A stretch of 64,000 nt of DNA from Bdellovibrionota bacterium (GTDB lineage: Bacteria > Bdellovibrionota_C > UBA2361 > JAAYZI01). A program made the translations under genes and the position numbers. Positions 1 through 9,711 of this stretch are shown in pieces. Within the stretch, counting starts at the first letter, position 1. Each line of letters begins with the position of its first letter. Where the stretch lies: positions 704,001 to 768,000 of the forward strand of contig JBMNIF010000002.1 of the NCBI GenBank assembly GCA_050950765.1. Reading direction: 5' to 3'. The notes beneath the pieces are model-generated. The model did no database searches and was not told the DNA's origin. It saw nothing but the letters and a program-made list of their open reading frames with translations.

Positions 1-426
1 AATCTTTTAAACAACATTCATAGGAAAGATCAATTTTTGAAGACACGCCAGCCCCTCTAATCTCTTCTTGCTTTATCTGTTAATTATATCACATTCCTCA
101 CTTAAGCTATTACAAAGTTACTTTTTTCTTGAACTTTTTCATTGATAAAAAACAGATGGTCTGAAGATCCGTCCAATTTTCTATCCTAGCTCCCGTGTGT
201 TGTTTCCATAAATTGCTTTATGCGTAAGCGTTGAACACTTATTGCTACTTGTGTTCTTAGAAAAAAAGATAAAAATGTTTAGAGTGTTTGTGTTAAAGAT
301 AAAGAGGTGCAGATATCTGTTGAGGCTACCTTGAATGACCTTTGGATGATTTGTAACTGATTGTAATAATAGTAGTTTTGCTTTTTAGGGATTTACTGGA
401 ATATTTATTTTTTATACAGAGAAGGG

Positions 427-867
427 ATGATGAAACGGATAATTATATTAAGTGTAGCTGTGTTGGCGTTAGGGGCTTGTAACTTAACAACTCCTCGTAA
501 CGTTTCAAGACGAGAATTAAGACGTGAAGCTGCTACAAAAGAAAAAAGTTTAGCACCCGTTCCGATTGAAGCCTTAGATGTTCAAAACGGTGTGGCTGCA
601 ACTGATGTTGAGATCTTATGGATTCCGCCAACGGATCCTGTTGATGGGTTTGTTGTACGATACGGTTATTCAAAAGACGATCTAAATGAGACAGTTAAGA
701 TTCCGTTAGCAGAGGCTGAAATAATAAACGATCCTAAACACGGAAATGTAATGCACTATATTATTCGTGATGTTGCAGCTGATAAAAAACTGTATATCAC
801 CCTTTCAATCTTTATCGGAGATACAGTTTTTTTACCTGATGAGATGTTTGTAGCTAATCCCTATTGA
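427..867 (+). CDS. Putative lipoprotein with a fibronectin type III-like domain
   Basis: Signal peptide MMKRIIILSVAVLALGA-C has a lipobox. The C-terminal VEILWIPP..VDGFVVRYG...YIIRDV...LYITLS pattern is FN3-like. GAAGGG precedes the start. Confidence 0.6.
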   Translation: MMKRIIILSVAVLALGACNLTTPRNVSRRELRREAATKEKSLAPVPIEALDVQNGVAATDVEILWIPPTDPVDGFVVRYGYSKDDLNETVKIPLAEAEIINDPKHGNVMHYIIRDVAADKKLYITLSIFIGDTVFLPDEMFVANPY

Positions 868-872
868 TCTTT

Positions 873-1010
873 TATTGAGGATAAAAGTTTTTCAAACGAT
901 GCCTTCTGTTTGTACTATTGAGGTTAAAAGCGTGATTTTTTAGTTATGAATTTTATTTTAGCAACGTTTTAATTAGTCAATCTCTAAAGGGCTTTTTATT
1001 GAGGTTAAAA
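873..1010. repeat. Three dispersed copies of TATTGAGG(A/T)TAAAA between convergent genes
   Basis: Copies begin at about 873, 916 and 997. Confidence 0.55.
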
Positions 1011-1014
1011 ATTT

Positions 1015-1845
1015 TTAAACTATACCTTTTGCTTGTAGAAAATCGCGCACAGCCTCCTCTTCTCCTTCTTTAAAGAGACGTGCTTCCAAACCTTGCAAAA
1101 CGATCCTTTTAGCACGACCTATTTCACGAGCGATATCGGCTTTTTTAGGCGGCTTTACTAAAAAGCCACTAGCTCCAGCAGTGAGACACTCTAATAAACA
1201 ATCAGTGGTGCCGAAAGCAGTAAGAACAATGATCGGAATGTTTTTGATGGCTGGCTTGCTTCTGATAGAACGTATCAATTCATGACCTGTCATTCTGGGC
1301 ATCTTGATATCGGTAAAGACGCAATCAAACGGCTGGTCTTCTCCTTCCAATAATTCCAGCGCTTCTTTGCCGGAGCTGACCCCCTTTGTTTTAATGGAGA
1401 ATCCGGACTCTTCTAAGTATATGCAGATAATATCACGTGGAGATTCTAAATCATCTACAACAAGAATATTAAAGTCAGAGTCTTTTTTAGGACGTTCTTC
1501 AAGGTAGTGTGTAAGGATCGTTCTTAATCTCTCTAGAGCGTTATTCCCCTCGATAACTTCCGCTCCAGAAAGTCGCATCTCTAAAGCTTTGTCTTTTTTT
1601 GAAGTGTTAATAATGAATAAAAGGTTTTCTATGCGCTTTTTCCACAACTCTCCTGCTAAAATTTGTTGAATATTGAATGGAATATCACTGTCAATAATAA
1701 GGATATCGAACTCTCTAAGTGAAAACCATTCCAACGCTGTTTTTGCATTCTGAACGGAACGGTATCGAAATCCTATTTCAGCAAGGAGAGGCTCTAGCGC
1801 AGCGCTTAATCTGTTGTTTGAGGTATATATTAAAACATCCGGCAT
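1015..1845 (-). CDS. Response regulator with two receiver domains and no output domain
   Basis: The C-terminal REC is complete (VVDD, FTDIKMP, VLTA, VKPP). The N-terminal REC is degenerate: it keeps IIDSD but lacks the acidic pair and the conserved Lys. Confidence 0.85.
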   Translation of the reverse strand: MPDVLIYTSNNRLSAALEPLLAEIGFRYRSVQNAKTALEWFSLREFDILIIDSDIPFNIQQILAGELWKKRIENLLFIINTSKKDKALEMRLSGAEVIEGNNALERLRTILTHYLEERPKKDSDFNILVVDDLESPRDIICIYLEESGFSIKTKGVSSGKEALELLEGEDQPFDCVFTDIKMPRMTGHELIRSIRSKPAIKNIPIIVLTAFGTTDCLLECLTAGASGFLVKPPKKADIAREIGRAKRIVLQGLEARLFKEGEEEAVRDFLQAKGIV

Positions 1846-1890
1846 CGTCTTCTCCTGATCTTACTCCAACACCTCCTTAAAATTTTTGTC

Positions 1891-2229
1891 CTAAGAGGGT
1901 GAGCTCTTTAGATCCTTAATGCTAAGCTCGATCTGTTCTAAAAGAGCTTTTATTTCAAAGTTGCGTTCTATGGTTTTTATAAGTGGAGCTTCAAAAATCG
2001 TTTCTAATTGTGCAGCCAGTTCGGCGATCTGTGATAGCCCAAACATTCCAGCTGCTCCCTTTATTTTGTGAAACTCTTGGCAAAAATCGGTCTTTAACCA
2101 AGTGCTTGGCATCGTATCTGAGCAGGCAGAAAGTAGCTCTCTTACCTTGCTACACTGTTCTTCCAGCTCTGCCATTAACATTAAAAAAGCCTTTGAGTCT
2201 TTTGGCCACGTCTCTTGTATCTCTTTCAT
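1891..2229 (-). CDS. Hpt (histidine phosphotransfer) domain protein
   Basis: FHKIKGAAGMFG..IAELAAQLE matches the Hpt motif. It lies directly upstream of the receiver gene on the same strand. Confidence 0.85.
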   Translation of the reverse strand: MKEIQETWPKDSKAFLMLMAELEEQCSKVRELLSACSDTMPSTWLKTDFCQEFHKIKGAAGMFGLSQIAELAAQLETIFEAPLIKTIERNFEIKALLEQIELSIKDLKSSPS

Positions 2230-2408
2230 ATTGACACTTTCGGAAGAAAAGAGGGTAAACTTGATATGAAAATATTTTTTATCCTTCTCATTTGTCGTAG
2301 GTATGTAGTTAAAAAAGCAGGGGAATGGGTAAAAAGATCTGTATTGTTGTTTTTAGCGGCATTGGTTAGTATTGGGGCAATTTGGCATCCTATTTGTGTG
2401 TATTTATT

Positions 2409-3488
2409 ATGAAAAAAATACTTTTACCTATAATTCTTATTGCGGTTGTTGTTGCTGCTTTTTTCCTGACGAAAGATGAGAAGCGTACAGATTCTTCAAC
2501 TGAGAGCTCCTCTACAACTGTAAAACAGGAAGATGTGACTACTCCTACTGAAGACATCGCCACGACGGCAACTCCTACCGCCACTGAAGTTGAAAAAGAA
2601 GATGACGCCAAGTTTGTTGAATTGGAGCCCGTTGAAGAGATTCGTCCGGCGACTGAGTTGTATAACTCGGCTGATGAAGCTTTCAATGCAATTAAAAAAG
2701 GTTCTGAAAGTTATGACGATTCAGTACTTGAACAGTTCTCCGACCTTGAAAAAGATTGCAGATGGTGTGATGAGCTTTATAACAAAGTTCAAGAGGCGAT
2801 GCTTAATGCCTCCACTGAAGAGGAGCAGCGTAGCTATTTTGCTGAGATCTTAGCTTCCAGCGGAAAACCTGAAAATATAGCTGCTCTTATCTCTGCTATG
2901 AAGGATGCTAAGAGTGAGGATGATGCTGATACGTATTTGGAAGCGCTAGAGATTACGATGGGAGATGATAAGACAGTTGATTATCTTAGTTCTCAACTTG
3001 ATACGGATAATGAAAAGCTTAAGAGCTCTCTAATCGCCGCTATTACTAATCACGGCACTCCGTTAGCTATTGAGACGTTGTATGAACAAACTGTGCAGAG
3101 TGGTGATACTGATGGCTATTACTCATTGGGAATCGGTTTAGGAGAGGTTATTCCTGATGAGGAGAGTTTGCCGTTCCTTACAGAGCTAGTAAATAAACGG
3201 GATCAATATTCGCACCTTGCAGTGAAAGCTTTACTTAATTACGGCGTGGATGGCTTGCGGGTGGTGTTTGATACATTGGAGCTTTCCTCTGATGCAGAGA
3301 CCGATCGCAAGATGTTGAAAGATGCTATTGACCATGTCAGTTATGAAGAAGAAACAGAAGCGTATGCAAAAGAGATCTTGAATAAATCAAAGAATCCCGT
3401 AGTGCAGGATTTCGCTCGGGAGATAATTAAAGAGTTTGATGTAGAAGATCTTGAAGATGAAGAAGATGAAGATGCGGATGAAGAGTAG
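2409..3488 (+). CDS. Membrane-anchored acidic protein with HEAT-like helical repeats
   Basis: ATG at 2409 gives MKKILLPIILIAVVVAAFFL (signal or anchor), then a Thr/Glu-rich linker, a helical body and a poly-acidic tail. Confidence 0.6.
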   Translation: MKKILLPIILIAVVVAAFFLTKDEKRTDSSTESSSTTVKQEDVTTPTEDIATTATPTATEVEKEDDAKFVELEPVEEIRPATELYNSADEAFNAIKKGSESYDDSVLEQFSDLEKDCRWCDELYNKVQEAMLNASTEEEQRSYFAEILASSGKPENIAALISAMKDAKSEDDADTYLEALEITMGDDKTVDYLSSQLDTDNEKLKSSLIAAITNHGTPLAIETLYEQTVQSGDTDGYYSLGIGLGEVIPDEESLPFLTELVNKRDQYSHLAVKALLNYGVDGLRVVFDTLELSSDAETDRKMLKDAIDHVSYEEETEAYAKEILNKSKNPVVQDFAREIIKEFDVEDLEDEEDEDADEE

Positions 3489-3531
3489 CTTCTAAAACGT
3501 AATACCGTAAAAGGTTTCAATAATAAGGTCT

Positions 3532-3569
3532 AAAAAAAAGGGGGAGATATAGTTCTCTCCTTTTTTTTG
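3532..3569 (+). terminator. Intrinsic terminator, probably bidirectional
   Basis: A-tract, GGGGAGA..TCTCTCC stem and T-tract, located between convergent genes. Confidence 0.75.
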
Positions 3570-3614
3570 TAGCTAATCAAGTGGGAGCAGGTGAGAGCTT
3601 AACTTCTTAGCTCT

Positions 3615-3825
3615 AAAAAGCTTCTGAACTAGAGAGTTAAGATCAAACAGATAAAAGTGCTATTTTTTTTTGGGGTCTCAAGTGCGAAGTTGGGAAAAAA
3701 GCTTCTTAACTAGAAAGTTAAGATCAAGCAGATAAAATTGCTATTTTTTTTTGGGGGCTCAAGTGCGAAGTTAGGAAAAAAGCTTCTTAACTAGAGAGTT
3801 AAGATCAAGCAGGTAAAAATTACTA
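3615..3825. repeat. 81-bp tandem repeat (~2.6 copies) with an internal palindrome TCTTAACT-N4-AGTTAAGA
   Basis: GCTTCT(G/T)AACTAG recurs at 3620, 3701 and 3782, an exact period of 81. Units differ by only a few substitutions. Confidence 0.9.
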
Positions 3826-3851
3826 CTAATATCTTAACTTTTTACCTTACT

Positions 3852-6074
3852 CTACTTAATACGGATAAAGTGATTTTCTCCGATAAATAGCGGTAATTTC
3901 TCTTTCTCTTTAAAAACGATACGTAGCGGGCGCACGGAGTCTTCTGTTTTTGGAATTGGGATCTCAAAGGTGTGCCATGATCCGTTAGCAGGGAAAGTAA
4001 GAGTATAAAAGGGAGAATCTTCTATCCGTTTTTTTGCAAAGAGTTCAACACTACATATTTTGTTATCATTTTTTAGAGTTCTTAAAGATATCTGAAGTTT
4101 ACCTTGCGGGTATGAAGGAACTTGAAGAAAGTAGTCGTCAGTAACAGGGATGTTAGGAATTAACTCAAAGAGCTTCCAGCCGAAGCTATCTTGTCCGTGA
4201 TCGATAAGTTGCGTTTGAAACTCTTTTAAACGTGCTGCAAAAGCGTTTTCTTCAAAGGTAGATTCTGAAGTTGTATCAAAAAGGATAAAGCGTAGCCCTG
4301 AAATGGTGGTGAGAGCGATTAAAGAGCGGTTATCTGGAAAGTTTGCCATCTTACGGGGATAGTCGCGCATCAGTTTTGTTATCATGCCGCTATAGCCGTT
4401 AAAGATCTTTAATTCGAGAGGAGCAGCCATATTCATATAGGCGGTGTTTTGCACGGCGTAATCTTGCCAACTCTTTACAGTCCCGTCTCTATTTAAGGTT
4501 GTAGTAAGGGGGAGAACCATAGTGACGTCTTGTGGTCTAGCCATAGTGGCAACTTTTTTAAAGATGGGAGGAGTTTGTGTTAAAGGTTCAACGGGGAAGA
4601 TAGGGTAATAATTTTCAAAAATAATTAGGGAACAGAGGATAGTAGTTAATAAAAGTCGACTCCGCTTTTTAGTTGTAAGATTCATAATAGCAAACGGGAT
4701 TAGAAGCGCTACGCAGAAGGTAACAACAACACAGAAGCGACTGATGTCGCGAACGCTATTCATACCTGGGATAAGATAGAACGCTGAACTAAAAACTCCG
4801 AAGGCTAACTCTTTATGTTTTGGTCCCGTATTACCGAGAGGGCCTAAGGAGAAGATAAAAAAGATATAAGCACAAAAGGCGAAAATTATAATAATGTCGC
4901 GGTTAGTCAGGTATGAACAATTTGCAGAACGTTCAAATTTACCGAATTTGTAGATAAAAACAGTTAAGATAATTATAGAAAACCAACTAGAAAAAGCTGT
5001 TATAAATCTGAGCAGGTCTCTACTTTGTGTTGCGTCTTTAAAGTTAAAAGCAGATGAGATAACGGTAAGTAAGACTAAAGCGCTACAAACGGCTAACAAC
5101 TTTTTATGAGGAGAAATTTTTAAACGTAAAATAGCATAAAACGCTAATACCGTTACGGTTACACCGGAAGAGAGAAAACGTGCCATCTCACTAGAAAATA
5201 AAAATGTGCCTGTAAGGTTTCTCCAAAAATTGGAGCCTAAGTAAGAGAGTGTAGTAGCGGCAAAGGCGTACGGCTCGGAGAGGTCTCTAACACCGAAAGT
5301 TTCTTTAACGGCTAAGTACGGTAACAAAAACGGGATGATCGGAAGTGTTCCGAGTAGGCAACTAATAGCGAGTGTGGTAAAGTCTTTAAGTGTAAATTGA
5401 GAAGGACGTAGTAGAAAAACGGTGCCGCAGATAATAAAGAGGAGAGGCGGAATAAAAACGGCATAATAAACGGTAGATAAAAAAGCAGCTACCTCTGTCA
5501 GTCCGAGAAGGATTCCGAAATAGAACTTTTTACCTGAAAAAAAAGAGATCAAAAAATAGACGCTTAGTGGGATAAAAAAAGCGAATTGAAGTTGAGGGTG
5601 TCCGATATTTGCGCAAAAGAAGCCGTAAGCCATAAAGGCTACTCCAGCTGCTAACGCTGGAAGAGACCTTCCGGAAAGTTTTGCTGCAACAAGAAAGGTG
5701 CAAAATCCGTTTAAGAAGGTAGCTGCTAAAAAAACGAGGTTGTATGAAATAATTTGAGAGATGCCGAGTTTCGTTAAGATTAGGCCGATAAAGGAGGGGA
5801 GTAAGAAATTATCACTCCACGCTAATGTTTTGGTGTATGGATAAAAAGCGGCGGTGTTAAACCAACCTTCTGAGAGCATCTGCTTTATATTAGAGTTAAA
5901 AAGCCAGACGTATAATCCAGCATCGCCACTTGCGCCACCTAAGTATTGTGAAGAGAGGGTGCTAAGACCGTGATATCTTATAATGACCGTTACAAGTGCG
6001 TAAATTATAACGGAAAGTAAGATCTCTTTTGTCGTTAATCTTTTGTCTTGAATAAATGGTATCTGAATATTCAT
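3852..6074 (-). CDS. Polytopic membrane protein, YfhO-like / GT-C glycosyltransferase-like
   Basis: About 12 or more hydrophobic segments, a first-loop GDAGLYVW motif, FYPYTKTLAWSD, HPQL and NGYSG motifs, and a soluble C-terminal domain. Confidence 0.55.
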   Translation of the reverse strand: MNIQIPFIQDKRLTTKEILLSVIIYALVTVIIRYHGLSTLSSQYLGGASGDAGLYVWLFNSNIKQMLSEGWFNTAAFYPYTKTLAWSDNFLLPSFIGLILTKLGISQIISYNLVFLAATFLNGFCTFLVAAKLSGRSLPALAAGVAFMAYGFFCANIGHPQLQFAFFIPLSVYFLISFFSGKKFYFGILLGLTEVAAFLSTVYYAVFIPPLLFIICGTVFLLRPSQFTLKDFTTLAISCLLGTLPIIPFLLPYLAVKETFGVRDLSEPYAFAATTLSYLGSNFWRNLTGTFLFSSEMARFLSSGVTVTVLAFYAILRLKISPHKKLLAVCSALVLLTVISSAFNFKDATQSRDLLRFITAFSSWFSIIILTVFIYKFGKFERSANCSYLTNRDIIIIFAFCAYIFFIFSLGPLGNTGPKHKELAFGVFSSAFYLIPGMNSVRDISRFCVVVTFCVALLIPFAIMNLTTKKRSRLLLTTILCSLIIFENYYPIFPVEPLTQTPPIFKKVATMARPQDVTMVLPLTTTLNRDGTVKSWQDYAVQNTAYMNMAAPLELKIFNGYSGMITKLMRDYPRKMANFPDNRSLIALTTISGLRFILFDTTSESTFEENAFAARLKEFQTQLIDHGQDSFGWKLFELIPNIPVTDDYFLQVPSYPQGKLQISLRTLKNDNKICSVELFAKKRIEDSPFYTLTFPANGSWHTFEIPIPKTEDSVRPLRIVFKEKEKLPLFIGENHFIRIK

Positions 6075-6434
6075 ATAACTGAAGAAGTTTATAAGCTATC
6101 ACTATTTTTTATAATAACGACTAATAAAGGTTCCGCCAATAGTAACACTTACTACTAGGAAGGTGTATTTGAAAAAGCGCTCTGTTTTTGTTGCGCTCTC
6201 TGTTTATTATCTTGAGGGGCTTAGCTTAATATTTTATATCTTATGACGGTTTCTCTTGGATGATTGCAAGGTGTTTTTTATGGCTAGCACCGTAATTACA
6301 ATGCAATATTTAGGAGGTGTTTAGTGTCTCTTTCTTTAGTTTTATAAATAAGTATCGTTTTGGTAGCAGGATAGCGAGAGCACTAAGAGATCGGAGGTTT
6401 TAACTGATTTAATTAAAAACAATCGGAAATAAAG

Positions 6435-7343
6435 ATGAAGGTGCAAAATATACTTGAGACGATCGGAGATACTCCACATGTTAAGATCAATAAACTCTTC
6501 GGAGATGAGATTAACGTTTGGATGAAGATTGAAAAACTTAACCCTGGGGGAAGTGTTAAAGATCGGGTGGCGCAAGGTATGATTGAAGACGCTGAAGCGC
6601 GGGGGCTCTTACAACGTGGTGGAACTATTGTAGAGCCTACTTCAGGTAACACCGGCATCGGGTTGGCAGTGGTGGCTGCTGTTAAAGGATATAACCTTAT
6701 CCTTGTTATGCCGGAATCAATGTCACTTGAAAGGCGGTGTTGTTTGGAGGCGTTGGGAGCTAAGATTGTATTAACTCCGGCAGAAGAGGGGATGGCAGGC
6801 TCAATTAAAAAAGCAGATGAGATAGCGGCGGAGGAAAGCGCTTGGATGCCGCAGCAGTTTAACAATCCTGTTAATTCTAAAGTGCATTATGAAACAACGG
6901 CGCAGGAGATCTTAGCTGATTTTAGTTGTGGCGTAGACTTTTTTTTCAGTGCCGTTGGTACGGGTGGACAGATCTCTGGTATCGGAAAAGCGTTAAAAGA
7001 GAGAAATAAACGAACAAAGGTTATCGCTATCGAACCGGACACTTCAGCTGTTTTAAGTGGTGGGCAGGCAGGATCGCACGCCATACAAGGGATCGGTGCT
7101 GGTTTTATTCCGAAGGTGTTGGATACTACGATTATCGATGAGGTTGTTTGTATTTCAAAAGAAGAAGCGTATGAGTATACGCACCGTTCTGCTAAAGAAG
7201 AGGGGATCCTTGTTGGTATTAGTAGCGGTGCCACCCTCGCTGCTATCGCTAAGAAAAGGAGCTCTATTCCAGATGGCAGTACAGTTATTCTTATCGCCTA
7301 TGATACAGGGGATAGGTACCTCTCTGTGGATGGTTTATTTTAA
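6435..7343 (+). CDS. cysK: Cysteine synthase A (O-acetylserine sulfhydrylase)
   Basis: NPGGSVKDR (PLP Lys), [22 protein letters not shown] and GISSGA motifs. Confidence 0.95.
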   Translation: MKVQNILETIGDTPHVKINKLFGDEINVWMKIEKLNPGGSVKDRVAQGMIEDAEARGLLQRGGTIVEPTSGNTGIGLAVVAAVKGYNLILVMPESMSLERRCCLEALGAKIVLTPAEEGMAGSIKKADEIAAEESAWMPQQFNNPVNSKVHYETTAQEILADFSCGVDFFFSAVGTGGQISGIGKALKERNKRTKVIAIEPDTSAVLSGGQAGSHAIQGIGAGFIPKVLDTTIIDEVVCISKEEAYEYTHRSAKEEGILVGISSGATLAAIAKKRSSIPDGSTVILIAYDTGDRYLSVDGLF

Positions 7344-7443
7344 AAGAGATCTTCTTAACGGAGTAAGGGTTAATACTATAAATCTTTAAATAAAATACAC
7401 TTACTTAAGTAGTGGTTTGAATAATATTATCGGATTTTAAGTA

Positions 7444-7499
7444 AATAGGGAGTAAAAGAATATAGAGTATTCATCTTCTGCTTTTTGCTACTCCCTATT
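7444..7499. terminator. Inverted repeat between convergent genes, probable terminator
   Basis: AATAGGGAGTA (7444-7454) pairs with TACTCCCTATT (7489-7499) around a long loop. Confidence 0.5.
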
Positions 7500-7537
7500 A
7501 TTAGAATTATTAGGGTAAGTGTTGTGCTTTTTAGGCA

Positions 7538-7885
7538 TCAATCATCGCGCTCTTCTTTTACCTTTAGAACTGTGCCTTTTATACCGTCAATTAACACTTC
7601 AAAAACTTTCCCATCTTTTACAACTTCAACTTCAAAAGTTGGTGTGGCGGAGTCATCTTCAATAGAGGCAGAGATAGCTTTGCCTGAAGTGTGTTTTTCT
7701 GCAATTTGAATGGCATCAATTAATGTAATTTTTGCCTGTTTTAGTTGTTGCACCTCTTCTTTGTCGTCTAAATGTGAAGTTGCCCCTGCTACGGCATTAA
7801 CCTCTTGAGCAGTTACGTTAGAGCTGAAAAGAGATAATGTTAATAACGCACTTAAAAATAGAGGAAACAGTCTTCTTCGTATCAT
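7538..7885 (-). CDS. Secreted PepSY-domain protein
   Basis: Signal peptide, then KITLIDAIQIAEK..GKAISASIE...FEVEV...EVLIDGIKGTVL (PepSY pattern). AGGAGG RBS on the minus strand. Confidence 0.85.
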   Translation of the reverse strand: MIRRRLFPLFLSALLTLSLFSSNVTAQEVNAVAGATSHLDDKEEVQQLKQAKITLIDAIQIAEKHTSGKAISASIEDDSATPTFEVEVVKDGKVFEVLIDGIKGTVLKVKEERDD

Positions 7886-8195
7886 AGGAACCTCCTTAAA
7901 TAAATTTTAAGGGAGTCTGACACAACTCTAAAAAGAGCACCAGATAAGATAAGGTCAAGGTAGAGCCTGAAAATATAACAATATCTCCGGTGGTGTTGTT
8001 TGAATATTAGGAGTGTTTCCAAAAGCTAATGATGTTTTTTGAAGAGAAGCTTAAAGTTATTTCTATCCGCTAAAGTGTTGAAAAACTCTTAAAACTACTT
8101 AAACTTACTAGCTGTTTTTACTGAATACCGCTATGCTGTACCATGTAAGTACTCTTTCCTATATTTTATCTGTAAATTAACGACGGTAATTTTTA

Positions 8196-8921
8196 ATGAT
8201 AGAAGCGATCGGATTATATAAACGATTTGGTGAGGTCTTAGCTGTTCGGGATGCCACTTTTTCAGCGGCAAAAGGGGAGGTGGTAGGATTTCTTGGACCT
8301 AACGGTGCCGGAAAGACAACGACTTTACGGATGCTTACTACCTTTCTCGCTCCTACGGGGGGGACAGCTAAAATTGCAGGTTTCGATATCGCACAGAACA
8401 GCGCAGAGGTGCGTAAGCAGATCGGGTATCTGCCGGAGACACCGCCACTTTATAATGAGTTAACGGTGCAGGAGTATCTGACCTTTGCTGCTAAGGTGCG
8501 TGGAGTGCAAAAGAAGCTCCTTAAAGGTGCTGTGGAAAACGTTATTGAGAGGTGCTCTCTTACGGAGATGCGGAAACGTTTATGCGGAAGCCTTTCAAAA
8601 GGTTATCGTCAACGGGTCGGGTTGGCACAAGCTTTAGTACATAGCCCCCGTGTGGTGATCCTTGATGAGCCGACAAGTGCTTTGGATCCGCAACAGATAA
8701 TACAGGTGCGGGAGTTGATCGCTTCCTTAAAAGAAAATCATACCGTTATCTTAAGCACCCATATTTTACCGGAAGTTGTAGCGACCTGCACTAAAGTAGT
8801 TTTAATCAATGATGGTAAGGTTGTTCTCTCTGAATCTTTGGATACTCTTTTACAACGAAGTTCCTTAGAAGAGGTCTTTCTTCATTATGTAGCCGGAGAG
8901 AGCGGCGATCAGGAGGAGTAA
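8196..8921 (+). CDS. ABC transporter ATP-binding protein (GldA-like)
   Basis: GPNGAGKT, LSKGYRQR, ILDEP and STH motifs. Confidence 0.9.
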   Translation: MIEAIGLYKRFGEVLAVRDATFSAAKGEVVGFLGPNGAGKTTTLRMLTTFLAPTGGTAKIAGFDIAQNSAEVRKQIGYLPETPPLYNELTVQEYLTFAAKVRGVQKKLLKGAVENVIERCSLTEMRKRLCGSLSKGYRQRVGLAQALVHSPRVVILDEPTSALDPQQIIQVRELIASLKENHTVILSTHILPEVVATCTKVVLINDGKVVLSESLDTLLQRSSLEEVFLHYVAGESGDQEE

Positions 8922-9691
8922 TGGCAGCAACGATGACCGTATTTAAAAAAGAGTTGTGGAGTTTTTTTGTTTCCCCGATAGCTTATTGTGTTGTGACGGG
9001 GTTTTTGTTGATAAGCGGATACCTCTTTTTTGCATATCTGGGCAGTTATAATATGGCGATTGTAAAACTACTTGAGTCAAACGGCTTAAGTAATGCACCT
9101 GTGACTTTGAATGAATGGGTGATAGGGAGATATTTCCACACGTTGGTATTTGTTTTAATCTTTGTAATACCACTTTTAACGATGCGCCTTTTTGCAGAGG
9201 AGCGTCGTCGTGGTACCTTTGAGATGTTGCTAACCTCCCCTATTTCAGTGACGCAGATTGTTGTCGGAAAATATTTAGCAGTAACATCTATAACGCTCCT
9301 GATGCTTTTTTTAGCAGGAGTTTTCCCCGCTCTACTCTGTTTTAAAATGGATCCTGAAGTAGCGCCGCTAGCGGTTGGTTTTTTAGGAGTTCTTTTTTGC
9401 GGAGTTTCTTTTGTTGCGCTCTCAATGGCGGCAGCGTGCTTTTCAGAAAATCAGATCATTGCTGGCATCTTGGGTTCAACGGTACTCCTTTTATTGTATG
9501 TAATCTTTTCACCTGCACCGTCACTCGGAGCGACGGCAGAGTTGATCTTAAAATATATCTCTCCAGGTTGGCAGGTTGATGCTTTTATAAAGGGAATTCT
9601 TTCGATAAAGGGGTGTGTCTATTTTATAACGCTGACTTTATTCGGACTAATTATTACAAAACGTATCCTTGATACGGAACGGTGGCGTTAA
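8921..9691 (+). CDS. ABC-2 type permease (GldF-like)
   Basis: KKELWSFFVSPIAY and PLLTMRLFAEERRRGTFEMLLTSP motifs, about 6 TM segments, 1-bp overlap with the ATPase stop. Confidence 0.85.
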   Translation: MAATMTVFKKELWSFFVSPIAYCVVTGFLLISGYLFFAYLGSYNMAIVKLLESNGLSNAPVTLNEWVIGRYFHTLVFVLIFVIPLLTMRLFAEERRRGTFEMLLTSPISVTQIVVGKYLAVTSITLLMLFLAGVFPALLCFKMDPEVAPLAVGFLGVLFCGVSFVALSMAAACFSENQIIAGILGSTVLLLLYVIFSPAPSLGATAELILKYISPGWQVDAFIKGILSIKGCVYFITLTLFGLIITKRILDTERWR

Positions 9692-9711
9692 AGGGGGAGA
9701 TAGGAAAAGCT

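Noticed and set aside
1..426. Gene start or ncRNA at the left edge
   Set aside because: Only a few possible minus-strand codons precede the edge, and I see no recognisable RNA structure.
2381..2397. Sigma-54 promoter TTGGCATCCTATTTGT
   Set aside because: Spacing fits, but the -12 element is GT rather than GC and the start site would fall almost on the ATG. This is too weak without TSS data.
3615..3825. CRISPR array (palindromic repeats at regular spacing)
   Set aside because: The sequences between palindromes are near-identical rather than unique spacers, there are fewer than three full units, and no cas genes are in the window.
6342..7389. Overlapping or antisense ORFs on cysK, and similar shadow ORFs on gatB, ilvD, mfd, pilB, pilC, mltG and moxR
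   Set aside because: They lie within well-supported genes and show no recognisable motifs.
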